In this document: positions 1 to 32,987 of the stretch, piece after piece
Layout of the letters: the number at the start of each line of letters is the position of its first letter
Numbering within the stretch: the first letter of the stretch is position 1
DNA from: Gekko japonicus
Lineage: Eukaryota
NCBI RefSeq assembly: GCF_001447785.1
Contig: NW_015165842.1
Coordinates: 858,499-922,498 of the forward strand
Length of the DNA: 64,000 bases
Reading direction: 5' to 3'
The notes under the pieces: generated by a model
Seen by the model: only the letters and a program-made list of their open reading frames with translations
What the model was told of the DNA's origin: nothing
Databases searched by the model: none
Program-made: the position numbers and the translations under genes

Positions 1-1316
1 TCGCATGATGCTGCAGAGCATCTTACAACAAATATTTCCCCAAAACTGCGGCAGATGATTTTTTTTTTGGTAAGACCTTATCTTTAAAAAGCATCTTCCC
101 TATCTGAAAACAGAACATTTTTCATAGGAGGTTTGCTTGCTAAACGTTACTCCGAATTTCCATTAGAAAAATGAGGATACTAGCTGAGATTCTGGGTGCC
201 ATCAGCCTTCCCATAAGACCAAGAGCACTCCGCTTTTGCTCTTGGGTAAGCAATCTGATCTAAACTCCTAAGAGTAAGAATACAGGATGGCTGGCGGGTC
301 CAGCAACCTGGGAAGACATAATCAGTAGCAGTCAGCCCTTCCTGGATATGCAGCCCCGAGATGCCAGTTTCAGGTTGCAGCAGTGACAGAACATGCCTTT
401 CGCCAATGACTTTGCAATGCACCTTCCATATGGTGGGGAGTAGTCATTTACACACTTGTAACCTTCAGTCTAGCTGTTGGAACATGCTCTTCATGGATGA
501 CAGGAGTGCCAAACACAGTCCTAGTACCGCACATTAAGCTAGTCCTTGTACTAACTTTCTGTTATTTCCCACATGCAAAGCAAGCTGCTGCGGTGTTTAT
601 CAATAAAGCTCTCAACAGCATGGTCCCTACATGCCTGAGAGAATGCCTGCTTAAAGGTCACGATGAGACATACGAGAAAACAAACGAGAGAACCTCCTTG
701 GCAGTAGCGTCAGTGTCCAAAACGTGAGCCGCAGGGGCGCACGAAGGGGCATTTGCAGCGGCTGCGGTGACGGTCCTCTGCTAAATTCCCTTCTATAAAA
801 ATCTGAGGCTGAATAACTTCTGGAAGCACAGTGGCGCTCCCCAGTTTGGGTTTTAGTGACTGATAAGCAGGCACAGGGGGATTTTAATTCTAGACAACAG
901 ACACCATGAAAACAGTTGTTACCTAGGCTAAGCATGCTGGAAGAGGCCGAAACCGCTCAGAGGAGACTGACCATGGAGGAGAGACATTTTAAAATTCCCA
1001 CCAGAGACTTGTATATTGGCCCTGCTAACCTAGTAACAAAAACCTATTGTTGATGTAGTTAATGTTGCATTTAAAAGTAAGCTTTCAAAAAGAAATTGTA
1101 CCTTCGTATACGATAAGTTTATTATATATAGCATACAAGTGGGGGCCCGCAAGAATCTTGGGGGAGCGGCTACCCCATCCCGCCCAACTCTGCTTCTTCC
1201 CCTCTCCCCTTACTCCTCTCATATGCTTTCTCCTTCCTGACACCCCTTTTCTTACTCCCCCCGCCGCTCTCCAGGAATCACAACAGCCTGACCAAATACA
1301 GAGATCAGTTCCTCTC

Positions 1317-1520
1317 GGGGTTGCCAGCTCCCTGTTGGGAAACTCCTGGAGATTTGGGGATGAAACCTTGGGAGGATGAGGTTTGCGCTTGGAAGTGACC
1401 TCAGCAGGGTATAACACAACGAACACCCCCTTTCAAAGCAGTGTTTTTCTCCGGAGGAACTGATCTCTGTCACTCGGAGATCAGTTTTAATTCCAGGAGT
1501 TCTCCCGCCCTCACCTGGAG
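1317..1520. mobile_element. non-autonomous DNA transposon/MITE of the (TA)GGGTTGCCA family; related pieces at about 1588-1635, 2036-2140, 2603-2697, 6883-7088, 60120-60195
   Basis: Shared core GGGTTGCCAGCTCC...GGGAAATTCCTGGAGATTTGGGG recurring in the window. Confidence 0.65.
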
Positions 1521-1769
1521 GGTGACGTCTATGGCATTAGATCTGTCTAACGTCCCTCCCCACCTCAACCCCCACCCTCCGCACGCTCCACCCCTCAAAT
1601 GCCCAGGAATTTCCAAACCTGGAGTTGGCATCCCTATCTCCTTCCCACCCAACAGCCAACCTACCTTTATCTGCCCCCTCTGCATTCAGCTTTCCATCTC
1701 CTTTCCCCCTGCAGCTTCTACTGAAGAAAACGATGGTCTTTCTCCACAATGGGGTCTAAAGCAGTCTAC

Positions 1770-1935
1770 ATTATTCTCTCCTCCCTTTTCTCCACACAAC
1801 AACCCTATGAGGTAGGTGAGGCTGAAAGTATGTGACTGGTCCACAATCACCCAGTGAGCTTCGGCAGCAAGATGGGGATCTAAACCTGGGTCTTGCAAAC
1901 CCTACTCTGAAGCTCTGGCCATCAGACGACACTGA
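1770..1935 (-). mobile_element. MIR/L2-tailed SINE fragment; related copies at about 53140-53270 and 53726-53790
   Basis: CACAACAACCCTGTGAGGTAGG core repeated in the window. Confidence 0.55.
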
Positions 1936-2283
1936 CCTTCATAGGGCGGCTGCTATTGAACACTAGCAAGCAGCCAGGCCTAGTTGAATCGTGCAAGTCA
2001 GGTGTTCTCAAGTCACCCAGAGGGTGCTGTTCGGCCTAGGTTTGCCAGCCTCCAGGTGGGACCTGGAGACCCCCCAGAATTACAACTGAGCTCCAGACGA
2101 CAGAGATCTGTCCCCCTGGAGAACATGGGTGGACTCTGTGGCATTATACAGCCGTGCGGAAAACGACGGAGCCAAGCCAGAAGACGTCTACACCGGGCAG
2201 TGACGCCGTGTGCAATTAAATGAATATATGTTGTCTACTGTACATCGCTTTGAGCCCACTGGGGAAAGCGATTAATAAATGGA

Positions 2284-2287
<4 letters not shown>

Positions 2288-2333
<46 letters not shown>

Positions 2334-2600
2334 NNNNNNNNNNNNNNNNNNNNNNNNNNNNNNNNNNNNNNNNNNNNNNNNNNNNNNNNNNNNNNNNNNN
2401 NNNNNNNNNNNNNNNNNNNNNNNNNNNNNNNNNNNNNNNNNNNNNNNNNNNNNNNNNNNNNNNNNNNNNNNNNNNNNNNNNNNNNNNNNNNNNNNNNNNN
2501 NNNNNNNNNNNNNNNNNNNNNNNNNNNNNNNNNNNNNNNNNNNNNNNNNNNNNNNNNNNNNNNNNNNNNNNNNNAATTATTATTATTATTATTATTATTA
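2288..2600. repeat. (TAT)n microsatellite spanning an N gap
   Basis: TAT repeats on both sides of Ns 2334-2574. Confidence 0.9.
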
Positions 2601-5600
2601 TATCCAGCTGAGGCCTCTCTCCTCCCCAAACTCTGCACTCCTCAGACTTCCCCACAGAATTTCCAGGGATTTCCCAACCTGGAGTGGGCAATCCTAGTCT
2701 CAGGCCTGGCTCCAACCCCCCTGTTATTTAGGCATTCATACTGCAGGATCTCTCCCCTTTCTTTCTTTCTGTCTGTTTCAGTCTATCTCTCACTATCGAT
2801 GAGGCGGGGCATGGAGTAGATCCCTGCAGTGGCCATTTCAAAAAGTATTGGGGGGGAATTCAACTCTCCCTAAGGTTGGGGTTTTTAAAAAAACTTTTTG
2901 GATTTTTCTGCAGGCCCAGGGACTCCCCTGAGTCTGTAGAAAAAACTGTTGAGGGAAAGTGTGCCCCTTGTCTGTGGCAATAGGTATCCACACGCAGAGG
3001 GGACTGTTGATAATTAGATATAGAGTAACATAACTACACGTCAGAAATGCTCAGGTCTGATTTTTCTGATTTCAGTGTTAGCCCCTAAATACTTAGTCCA
3101 GCATTTATTGTCTTGAACAGAGGTCCTAACAAAATCCTACCAATTAAGATAAAGAATTCTGGCCAACCTGTATTTTAAGAGCTACATGTACCATAATTTC
3201 CATATATACTCATTAAGAGAACAACCCCAAGAGACCTACTCAGAAGTAAGCACCATTTTATTCAATGGGGCTTACTCCCAGGAAAGCATTCGTAGGATTG
3301 CAACCTAAGACACTTCATATTGATGCAGCAATCTTCTCTTTCCAAAAACACTTATAGAAAAAGACAGCAATAAAAATTAAATTAAAAAAAATCACACGCA
3401 GCTCATGCAAACTATTCCAGGCTCTGTTCAAAACATCTATGCCTGTTACAGTCAAGGAAACTAGTCCAGGTAGCTGAGATTTGGAAAAGCATACATTTTC
3501 TATGGCTTCACTTGGAAATCTAGACTGCTAATCACCTTGGGAATTTCATCATGTTTCTCTCTCCATTTGCAACAATCAACGGGAGCTGTGTTGAAGTACA
3601 GACTTCCCTCTGGCAGCTCTATGTCTCTTCCTGCTGCATCATGTTATACAGTAATTCATGGGACCCTGATGTCAAAGAAGATTGTGACCTCACAAACCCC
3701 ACCCCTGAGAGATGATGTAAAAGGTGGACATTACCTACAAGAGCCCAGAGAACTTCTTCAAATTCATTTTCTTGGCGAACGATGCGCCACATCACTGTAT
3801 TAGTCAGCCCAAAAAGAACAGCAATCCCTCAAGCCCAATTTAACCAGTTACCATCTAACATTGGATTTTATTACATCTTGTTTTACACAGTGGCCAAACT
3901 AGATGCCCCTGGAAAGTGTACAAACAGGGCACAGAGGCCAAGGCCTATCAATGCTGTTGCCCTGCAATTACTAGCAGCTATACCTGCCAGAAGTCCTTCA
4001 ACTACGTATAAGAGCCTGTTTTCCACTGCATCTCATGGGTTTCAACCTGTGTTCAAGAGAACCCCAAAATTCCTTGGAAGGTTCTTAGGGGTTCCTCCAC
4101 GAGAAAATCTGTAACGGTGGACAAGCTTTACTGGAAAGTCAACTTGTCCGCCATTAACAGATCTTCTCCTGCAAGGTGTTCTAGGGCACATTCTCCATCC
4201 ATGGAGGGCAACAGAGAGGATAAACTGGCCTGTGGACAGAGTTTGGGCCTTTGCGCTAGAGTTCTGCCTCCTCGAGGCGGGGTGGGATGACAAATTCAGC
4301 CCTCTTCTATTGCTGCCCCATATATTATTTTGGAAGGTCCACTGGCCCTTGGTGGCTACTATTTTGATAGTACAAAGGCTGCTGGGAAGGCAGCAAAAAT
4401 TGTTTTCCTGAATTCACAGTGTCCACAGCAGCATGGATTGAACCCACTTAAAAGAGGATACCCCCAAATGACTGGTTACCACCTCAGAAAAAACAAGGAA
4501 TAGACTGTTGCCTCCTGCCTTTGATCCTACTTACTTGTGATGAGGAAGTGAGCCGTATGGGCAAATAACAAGCCTTCTCTACTTGACCATCCACAAGACA
4601 AAACTGGTGCGTATAATAAGTAGATCCTTTTTAGAAAACACTCTAAGGGGTTTAAGCTTTTAAATCCCATAGATATGGGAATTAATACAATTTTATACGC
4701 TGTTATGAATTATGTGAAGTAGTAAAACAGGTTTAGGTTTGGAATCATTAATCTTTCCCTTGCTCATCCTGCCAGTAAGTTTTGACTCCAAGAAAGCAGA
4801 TTTGCATGGGAGATCCCACCCCTCATCCGCTCTTTGGTGAATCAGACCACAAGTTTTCTTTTAAATCCAAACTGGAGTGACAGTATTCACAGCTACAAAA
4901 TATGACAGCAACAGTAACACCACAGAGACAATCCTCCAAACACTGCTGTGCTGCACAACTTTTTTTGCTCTTAATTAGATTATGCAGATTTTTTGTTTGG
5001 AAAGTCAGAATCGCCTGGATTTAAAAGAAATCAGGACAAGCTGTACAATCTACCATGGATATGATTTTGATACAAGATACAAAGAATACAAGAGAATTAA
5101 AATGTATATGGCTCCTTATTTAGTTGTAACCACTTAATCTGCAAGTTTTGGCAGTGACAGATGGCACCTGAATCAGCTGCAATTGCTTAAAATATCAGAA
5201 GTCAAAACGTCTGCCTAGTTCTTGGAATTGAATCTCTTGCAATAGATAAGACCCTGAGCTATGAATACTCAGTTCAAATCTCACCTTAGCCTTGAATTTA
5301 CCAAATCACAAAGTAAACCTCCTCACTCTATCTGCAATGCAGAGATATTAATACTCGCCTAGCTTGCACAGGGTTACCGTGAAGTCCACTGAAATAATGT
5401 ATGCTATGTACTTTGAGTTTTCTAAAGCACTATATAAATGCTATACACATAAAGCCCTTTGCACACTCTGGGAAAAGCATTATATGTGTGCTTTTTAACG
5501 AATACGTACTAAGTATTAATGCCTCCTTGGTCAGTGTGTGAATAAACATTTTTACTTTTTCTTGGCACCTTAAAATACGATAAAGATGATGTGTGTGTCT

Positions 5601-6404
5601 TTATTTAAAACATTTCTATCCCACTTATTGGCTTGGACTTAAAGTGGCTAACAATGCTGCAGTCAGGTAAGAGGACACAAATTATAACAGTCTGATGAAT
5701 CAAGTAAGCACACGTCCTTCAATTGTTTTTTTTAAGGCTTTCAGACATTCTTGAACCGATCACTAAAAAGTTACTTGCTCCAATTCAGCAGGGGAGTTTC
5801 CTCACATGGAGGCAGTCTGATGCCAACTTCACTAATGCTAGAAAAGATCCAAATACGCATTCCCAGACTGACTGGAATGCTCGTCCTGATCTCACTGAAT
5901 TGGCCAGATGGATGTTTGGAGTGCAGGGAAACGCAAATCCCCTTCCAGGGCTGCCAGTTGTTATATCCCACAAACTGTAGCAGAAGGATCTGGATCACTG
6001 GCTATATTTAGAATGTATTCATCTATTAATATGTTCCCCCGTTTCAACAAAAACAATACGCATAAGTACCACTGATCTTCGCCATAGCATAACATCCAGA
6101 TCAGCAAAGGGCAAAGTTTCAAACACATTTACTGTTTTTTTAAACTAACGACCATCTAGATGTTCTTTTTCAGCTCAGACCAAGAATACTAATTCAAACT
6201 ATAACAAATGCCCCCCCCCCCCCCCCAGCGGGATCTGCCATCTAACCTCATTTCCAACAACGGCTGGCCAGGTACTTTTGGGAAAGTCACAAGGCAGGCA
6301 AAAACTTTTCCCCTCCCTCCAATGCCATTCAGAAGCCACACTGTATCTGAAAATACAGGTTCCAACTTCGATATCATGGCTTTTATTTATTTAATCCATT
6401 TAAG

Positions 6405-6594
6405 TAGGGTTGCAAACTCCAGGTTGGGAAATTCCTGGAGATTTAGGGGGTGGAGCCTAAAGAGGGCAGGGTTAAATGCCACAGAGTTCATTCTCCAAAG
6501 CACCTATTTTCTCCAGGGAAACTGGTCTGTGTAGTCTAGAGATCAGCCATGCTTCCAGGAGATCTCCAGGTCCCATCTGGAGGTTGGCAACCTT
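6405..6594. mobile_element. TAGGGTTGC...GGCAACC MITE, near-complete copy
   Basis: Inverted termini TAGGGTTGC / TGGCAACCT; same family as 1317-1520. Confidence 0.7.
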
Positions 6595-7109
6595 CATCAA
6601 CACCCCTACCTATCTACCCCTATCAGAACTCAAGGAGGCCTACAAAGTGGAGGGGGAAAAACAGTTTAGTGGCAGCAACTCTTGCTCTTTGCCATATAAG
6701 CACAGCACAAACCAATTCACCTTCTAAACCCACTGCCATCACATTCAGTGGCAAATACAACAGGCTGATGATGAATTATGTAACCAGATGACCTGCAAGG
6801 TCCCTTCCAACTCTAACATTCTATGATTCTATGTGAGGAAGCTATTTTCTTCTGTCTGTTCTAAATCAACTGTCCAATATAAAGTTGCCACCTCCAGGTT
6901 GGGAAATTCCTGGAGATTTGGGGGATAGAGCCTGAGAAGGGAGGGAGTCCAGCAGGGTGCAACTGCTGTAGGTTCCACCTTTCAAAGCAGCCATCCCCCC
7001 CCCCNNNNNNNNNNNNGAACTGAGCTTCATCTAGAGAGAAGTTGATAATTCTGGGAGATTTCCACCCCCACCCGGAGACAGGCAATTCAATCCCACAGGG
7101 GGGCTCACC

Positions 7110-7215
7110 CACTGGAAATCTTACACTTTGAATAAAACTTTGCTGGTCTTAAAAGGTGCCACCGGACTCAAAATTTGTTCTGCTGCTTCAGCCCAACAGG
7201 GCTACCCCATCTGAA
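7110..7215 (+). mobile_element. Penelope-like element terminal repeat fragment
   Basis: GAATAAAACTTTG.TGGTCTTAAA.GGTGCCAC.GGACTC...GGCTACCC motif shared with the hammerhead-bearing copies. Confidence 0.6.
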
Positions 7216-7399
7216 TTTTTCATCACAGAACCTAGTAGTATTATGGGGGCAGGGAGCTAAGTGGGGAGGAACAAACGTTGTCATCCTAAGTTTCTCCACA
7301 ATATCCACTTTCATAAACCTCCACCATATCACTCCCCTCTCCCCAGAGCTCCATGGCCTCCCCACAGGAAAACCCCCCCCCCACCCCCCTATTCACGCC

Positions 7400-8260
7400 C
7401 CCCCCCTCCCAGGAGTCTGCCAGGACAAACAGGCCCAGACATCCCTGACAGGGCAGGAGGCGGAACTTAGCACGGCTCTTAGGCCACGCCTCTTCTCGCG
7501 CTTCCCTCCAAGCCCCGCCCACCCCCGCTCTTTGTCTCCCCTCGACAAGCGTGCTAAAGCCCCGCCCCTCTCAGGAGAAGTTGGGCGTGGAAAACAGAGA
7601 GAGAGAGTGAGAGAGCGCAGTGGCGCCGTCCCGTCATGCACCACGCACCTAGAGGCACAGGTAGGCTTCTCCGGGTACCCGGATGAAAAAGAGCTAGGCG
7701 AGACTTTTCGCGCCCCAACCCACCCGACGCCATTAGCCTCGCCAACCGCCCGCCTGGCTCTTCTTCCGCTGCCTGAGAGAGGCCGTCATTAGCATGCGAG
7801 CGGAGCGGGGGAAAGAAGATCAACGGCGGCGCCTCACTCAAGAGTGCTCGGCCCCACCCACCCCTCCGACTCCTTCCACTGAGGCGCACCTCGTACAGAA
7901 GCAGGACGGATGCGGAGGCTCCGAGCTGGCCGCTGCGTCTTGCCTCTCCTTTACCCGAGTTCCCTCCTTCCTTCTTCTCCTACCACCCCCTTCCTTCGGA
8001 AACACAACAACCACCCCTGGCCGGATATGAAGTCACTTCCGCCACTTGGGTATGGTGTGCTGTTGGGACGGATGGTTCTGTCTCTATGGTCCTATTAGAA
8101 GTCTCGGCGAGCACTTCCGGTGTAAAATGGCGCCGGGGTTTGTAAGTCGCCGCAAACAGTAGCGTGGGCTTTCGCCACAGAGATGGCGACGCCTAGAGCG
8201 GCAATGGTCATTGCCTCTACAGCGGTATACGGGCCAGAGGCGTTTGTAATAGAACGTTTG
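7400..8260 (-). promoter_or_regulatory. CpG-island housekeeping promoter, probably PAIP2 (by synteny downstream of MATR3)
   Basis: High CpG/GC; ETS CACTTCCG(G) at 8034 and 8112, YY1 AAAATGGCG at 8124-8132, GC boxes near 7513 and 7560; gene order SIL1-MATR3-PAIP2 is known from mammals. Confidence 0.75.
7890..8040 (-). other. PAIP2: putative non-coding first exon of PAIP2 (5' end approximate)
   Basis: Minus-strand donor GAG|GTGCGC at 7890/7889 inside the CpG island; no PAIP2 coding exon recognised in the window, so identity rests on synteny. Confidence 0.5.
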
Positions 8261-8739
8261 ACATAGAAACGTTAGATTACGAAATATTAATATCTTATGC
8301 GAGTTATGTGGATTTTTTTCATGTTTATAGAAAATATTACACTGTCCCACATCTCGTGGGATTATAGTCATACTAGTTTTATTCCCCTTCTAGTCATGTA
8401 TATTATGCACGTAAAGTGGGGTCCAGCAACAGACTAACACGGCTAACTGCTCTGGGTCTATGATCATGTAAAGCACTTCTTTATCAAGGGCCATCTCCCA
8501 ATGCTCATTTTCCCTCAGTTTTGAGGTGCCGTGGTTATGTACCAGGGACATGGCCTTCTTTGTAGCAGTAACAAAGCTGTGAAACTCCTTACCTCAAGAG
8601 GTCTGCTATGGTACACTCAGGTGGGGTTTTTTTTTTTTTTTTGCACAAACTGTTTTGTTTCAGAGGGCCTGATCCTGAGGAGCCCAACACTGCTAATAGT
8701 TTACTGGACACCCGTTTACGTTTTTATCTAATGCCTTAT

Positions 8740-9110
8740 TGTCAGCTGAAGCTGCCATGAGTGTATTCAGTGTTTCTAATTGCTGTGCATTCCTTCCCAT
8801 GCGCTTAATTGCTTCAAATCTGTAACGCTTCTCTGTCAAGGTTACTGGAGAGGTTGGTGGTGTCTAGCTTTCGTGGGAGCTCCTTTCGTTCCCAGCTTTG
8901 CGGCCGTTAGAGAATAAGCCAAATGCCCGCGTGCGGGAGTCCATCTAATTGGGTAGAGCTGGGGGGGCACATACGAATGCCCTATATCCTATTATGCGCA
9001 TAGGTAACCCGCCATTCTAACAGCGTTCATGTTATTGCATCTATGGCTTTTCAATAAAGTAAAACCTTCCTGGGAGCGTGTACTTTGTCGTTTTGCTGTG
9101 GATCCTGACA
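8740..9110 (+). mobile_element. solo LTR (371 bp)
   Basis: TGTCAG...CTGACA termini, perfect 5-bp TSD CTTAT (8735-8739 / 9111-9115), TATA-like CTATAT near 8983, AATAAA at 9053. Confidence 0.85.
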
Positions 9111-9134
9111 CTTATAACGTAAGATTGTGTTACA

Positions 9135-9435
9135 TCAGTGGTCCCCAACTTTTTGAACTTGTGGGCACCTTTGGAATTCTGACAGGATGGTGGGCTGGAG
9201 ATGGAGCCAACCACAATATGGCTGCCACAGGTTACCTTCAGTCACACAGTGACAAGCCTTGTGCTGTGGTGGTAGCTACTACCGAAGCAACATTTAAAAA
9301 AAAACAACACTGCACAGCCAATCAAATCTCCAGTGGCTGATAAGAAGCCTTACGAGGTAAAAGCCCCATCTGGTCCCATCCACTTTCTAAAAACACTTTG
9401 CAGCGCCAAGAAAGGTGTCAGTGGGCACCATGTTG
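9135..9435. mobile_element. hAT-type non-autonomous element fragment
   Basis: Starts CAGTGGTCCCCAAC, a typical hAT/Charlie terminus; degenerate right end. Confidence 0.45.
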
Positions 9436-9819
9436 CACAGCAGGCATGGTGTGTTGCCTTGTTTTTGGAATACTGACCCTGGGGGGGGAGGGGTTACTGG
9501 CGGTAATTCTTCTGCATCTCCAGGAGGGGCCTTTCCCAGCCATGTAGGAACCCAATCAGTGCAGCGGGGCTGAACCTGGGATGTGCTAATTATGGGTTTT
9601 ACTACCAAATCAAAGCTTATTCTGAACATGGACAAGTTCTCTTGCATGGGAGATGGAGACCAGGCTCTAGATGCTGTGACTGCAGAACTGATTCCTCATG
9701 ATTGCCTTTTTATACATAGAAAAGTATGTGGGCAATCGCCCTATACGGACATTTCAAACAGAATTAAATTCAACTGACAGATTTCTGCAGCACAGATCAC
9801 GTGTGTCCTCTGAAAATAA

Positions 9820-10261
<442 letters not shown>

Positions 10262-11124
10262 AAAATCAGGAGAAATGACACTACATATCAAGGGCAGGAT
10301 TTCCTCTCTTCTATTTCATGGTACTTCTCAGAGCTACAGCACTGGCACACCAGTTACATCCCTGCAGCTCCCATTGACTTAAGTCATATGCATGAGCATA
10401 CAACTTTGTGCTGTAAAGACACACAGTGATCGTGTCAAGGGCTGCCAGCAGTAGAGAGGGAATGATATACAACTGGCGTAGTTTTGGGTAGGCACTGATA
10501 GCATCATCTGATTGGGAGAGCTACATGGGTGGAACAGCTGTACAGCTTTTACAGTTTCCCTACTGCAGAGTCTTTAATGATAATTTCTGTGGGTCAAGTG
10601 TAGGATCCAGACTAGCTTGCACTTGTGAAGCCGAGGTGGCTATCTTCATGAGAATGCAGGCTCAAACTATTAAACTGACTTGAAAGAATGGCCAAAGGAC
10701 TGCAACACATATCAGGAGGTTATCAAAAAACTAGATGATGAAGGACCAGCTCCAGCTTTCTAGGTGGCTCTGATCTCCTGCCTTTCTGGAATCCCTTGAC
10801 CAAATTTCCACGCGGTGCCATTTTAGTCCTTCACTAAGGCCTTCCTTTCTCCTACTTTGCTCCAAAGAAACAACCCTGCCCAAGCAATTGCTGGTGATGG
10901 AAATGAAAACAATCTTGCATTTTCTGAGCAGATTTCCCCTCTTTTGCCAGGCCTTTCCTATTGGCCAAAGCACAACCACTTTAGAATCCTCTGTGCTTCT
11001 CTAAGAAGCGCAAGTCTGCCTCTCTCAGAAACAGGTGAATCTTTTTGCAGCAGCTGGAGACATGTAGAGGCCCAGCTTATCACCCTTCAAGGTCAGTTGT
11101 TTCTTACAAGGATCCCAGAAACGA

Positions 11125-11622
11125 TGCACCAGATGAGAAGATAGTTCCTGAAGTCCGGATAAGGCCTGAAAGAGGGTCCATGACGCCTGATCACATCAGG
11201 GACTCTCCCACCATGTGTGTGTTCATTGTGATGTGCCGTTAACGCCATAGGCAGTTGATTTGAACACAGTCGAAGTAGATACCCCAAAAATGGCAAATGG
11301 TTGACCAACCCTCCTATGTAAGGAGACCCTACCAGCAGTCCATCTGCACCACAGCAATGATGCACACTGTTAGGTTTACCTGGTTTGTGTGGGTGTCTGC
11401 TGCTTTGTTCTCGGGTTTGGGAGGCTAAGTGGGATTTGAGAATTGCTTTTTTCTGTCTGTCGCTGAATAAACTGTGCTTTAATAGAGAATTATTTCCGCC
11501 AATCTCTGACAAGACGGGAGGATAGTGGAGAGCTTTCTGAATAGCGCTGATCCTGCTCCTCTCCGGGAGGGGGTCTGATTGCCCCCGCCTTGCGATTTGA
11601 TGCCTGAGAGTACATTCTTCAC
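11125..11622 (+). mobile_element. possible solo LTR (ERV/Gypsy-like)
   Basis: TGAGAAGA...TCTTCACA imperfect termini, internal AATAAA near 11466, CpG retention; no convincing TSD. Confidence 0.4.
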
Positions 11623-12302
11623 AAAAGCTTAGTAATTCAACTTTTGATGGAACATTAACTCGTAAGAACTACATGCTGCTGGACATCCCTGCAAGTTAGG
11701 ACAGCACCAAACACCATCTGAATAATTTTCATTTCTTAACACTGGCACCAAGTTCCCAGTTATTATTCCCGCCTTTCCTTCTTTTCACTTCATCCCTATT
11801 TTGAATCCTTCCCTTAGGCCTCCTGATGTTCTTCTTTTGACCCCTCACTCCCATCAGCAACTTAACATTTCTCCTTCCCTCAAACTTTTTTGGCCTTTCC
11901 TGACCATTGGCCCCCGCCCACTCTACATCAGCATGCCGCTCAGTGCCTGGTTCCTCTACTTCTCCCCTCCCCCCCCCATGCTACCTCTCTCTCCATTTCT
12001 TCTTACCTGTCTGTGGCCTTCTCCACCACACACCCAATATCAATGACTCTGTTGTTGCCCCATCACACCCAAGTCCTACATAGCTATTACCAGTGTGTTT
12101 TGCAATTGTGCTAAATGGAGAGAAAAGATTTTTAAGATTGCTCACCAGAAGATTCTTTACAAACACAGGAAGAAATGTTCTGTGCCCCAGTGGTTCCATT
12201 TGTTAATTGTGCATATTTCTTTTGTTCTGGCACAGCTTTTGCAAAGAGATGCCACCCACACTTTGCAAGGTTCGCATAGCACTAATCCGGAAAGCTATGA
12301 TT

Positions 12303-12496
12303 GGCCCCGGTCACACGGAGCATTAGGCACGCTAGAGAGACAGAAGATAGGCGGATTTTCCGGGCGCGATCTCACCTCCCCCACGGGAGCTCGGCGGGAC
12401 CTCAACCCGATGCCTGATCGCGCAGTCGCGCGTTAGTTTGCCCCGGGGCAAACCCCCCCCCCCCCGCCGCATTTTCCTGCCTGTGTGGCCGAGGCC
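12303..12496. mobile_element. PIF/Harbinger-type MITE
   Basis: TIRs GGCCCCGGTCACAC / GTGTGGCCGAGGCC; CpG-rich interior suggests a young copy. Confidence 0.6.
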
Positions 12497-13066
12497 AATA
12501 TAAAGTTAAGAGAATTTCTAGACGTCTACTGGAGAGTTCACTGAATGTATAACTGATCAGTTTTAAGCCTGACCCGTCCAGGTCTACTCATTACAGCTGC
12601 AAAAATAATAGGGTATGCATGCTCACTACATCAGTGTGACAATCGACCCAGCCTTAGAGTCAAGGCTGGGCTATTAGTACAATACTCTTGGGATGAACTG
12701 GTGCTTTTCAGAGTTCCTTCCCACTGCTGTTCCCCATAATCTTAAAGGCCAGAGGAATCTGAAGGTCTGTAGAGATCAAGTGTGAGGAGTTGCAGAGGGA
12801 AAGGGGAAAAACTGGCAGCCTTCTTTTCAGAGACACACAAATGCTCTTTGGGTCTCCTTGCCTTGCAAGCAGGATCCTGAGTGGCTATAAAATACACTGT
12901 TAACCGTGCTGTAGATTTATGAGATTTACGATTAGCACCAGCAAACAATGAGCCCCACTGCAGAAGGCTGGTGCCAATCTGTGCTACTGTATCAAGTTGC
13001 CACACATGCACGATGCACACATTAAAAAACTCACAAACGCCCCGCTTAAACTTTGACTGATTTGGT

Positions 13067-13072
13067 TTTATT
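13067..13072 (-). terminator. candidate MATR3 polyadenylation signal AATAAA
   Basis: AATAAA about 1 kb after the stop, followed by GU/U-rich downstream element (GTTTGTGAGTTTTTT). Confidence 0.6.
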
Positions 13073-14075
13073 TTGTCACCATAACAAACTGAATCCACAT
13101 AGATGTTAGCTGGTAAATCATTAACAAACTACATGAGAACAGGTTACACACATAAGCTCCCATTCACATCAGCCACATGAAGGTACATCAAGAGCACAAT
13201 CCTAGGATTAAACCAAATTGAAGATGCATGGCCCAATTCATTAACCTGTTACTTTGAAACAAAGCCCACTGATTCCAGTGGTACACCTTTGTAACAAGGT
13301 TTAGAATCAGAGTTGAAAAATTAAAAAAAAAAAGGTCACAAACGTAAAAAGGTAACTATTTACAATTTAGGGTTCAATGCTGCTTTTGCTTATACTGGAG
13401 ATGTATGAAAACTACTAAATTCAAGTAGCAAGCAAGAAGAGCTCCGAAAAAATAATAATACTGGTCAGGAGAATAAGAATCTACTTTATGCTAGTCATAA
13501 TACAGAAATGAGAACTCTGGGGAAAGAGCAACAAGGTTTTTTTTTTAAAAGCTGCCTATCCATTTTCCTATTCTCTAAGTAACGCATCAACACTTAAATG
13601 GAGGTGCATCCAATCTTTCCTTTTTTTAAAAAAAGCCACACCAACTTCCATGTAAAGACTTCTCAAAAGTGAAATGAAATTATGAAACCCTTTGAAAATA
13701 AAAACATCAGCTGGACTGGCTGGACTGGCTCCAGAAAGCAGTAACCGTTTACATTTAACTGAACAGAATAAAAGGTTAGGGATACTCTTAGAAGCCTAGA
13801 AAGATTAATGACGAGGTGAGTTCTGGTGTTCAAAACGCTTAGTCCTTGAGTTGCCTCGATCCGCACAGAAAAATCCCGTTTTGCCATCCCAATCCGTTTT
13901 TTCCTTAAACAAAGATGGTGTTGATTCAAATGCACCATAACGTTAAACACACTAACAGAAGTACACTTCTACGGTATTCCACTAAAAGCTACATAACATA
14001 GTATTTCCCCAATTGTACTGTATTAACATAAAAAATAAAACCACTTTTCCTTAAGCCCTCACGCCTCTGTTGCCC

Positions 14076-32987
<18,912 letters not shown>

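Noticed and set aside
2216-2819. Long ORFs with poly-L/I/N
   Set aside because: Artefacts of the (TAT)n repeat and N gap.
7175-8098. ORFs up to 205 aa across the CpG island
   Set aside because: Stop-poor GC-rich promoter sequence with no recognisable protein.
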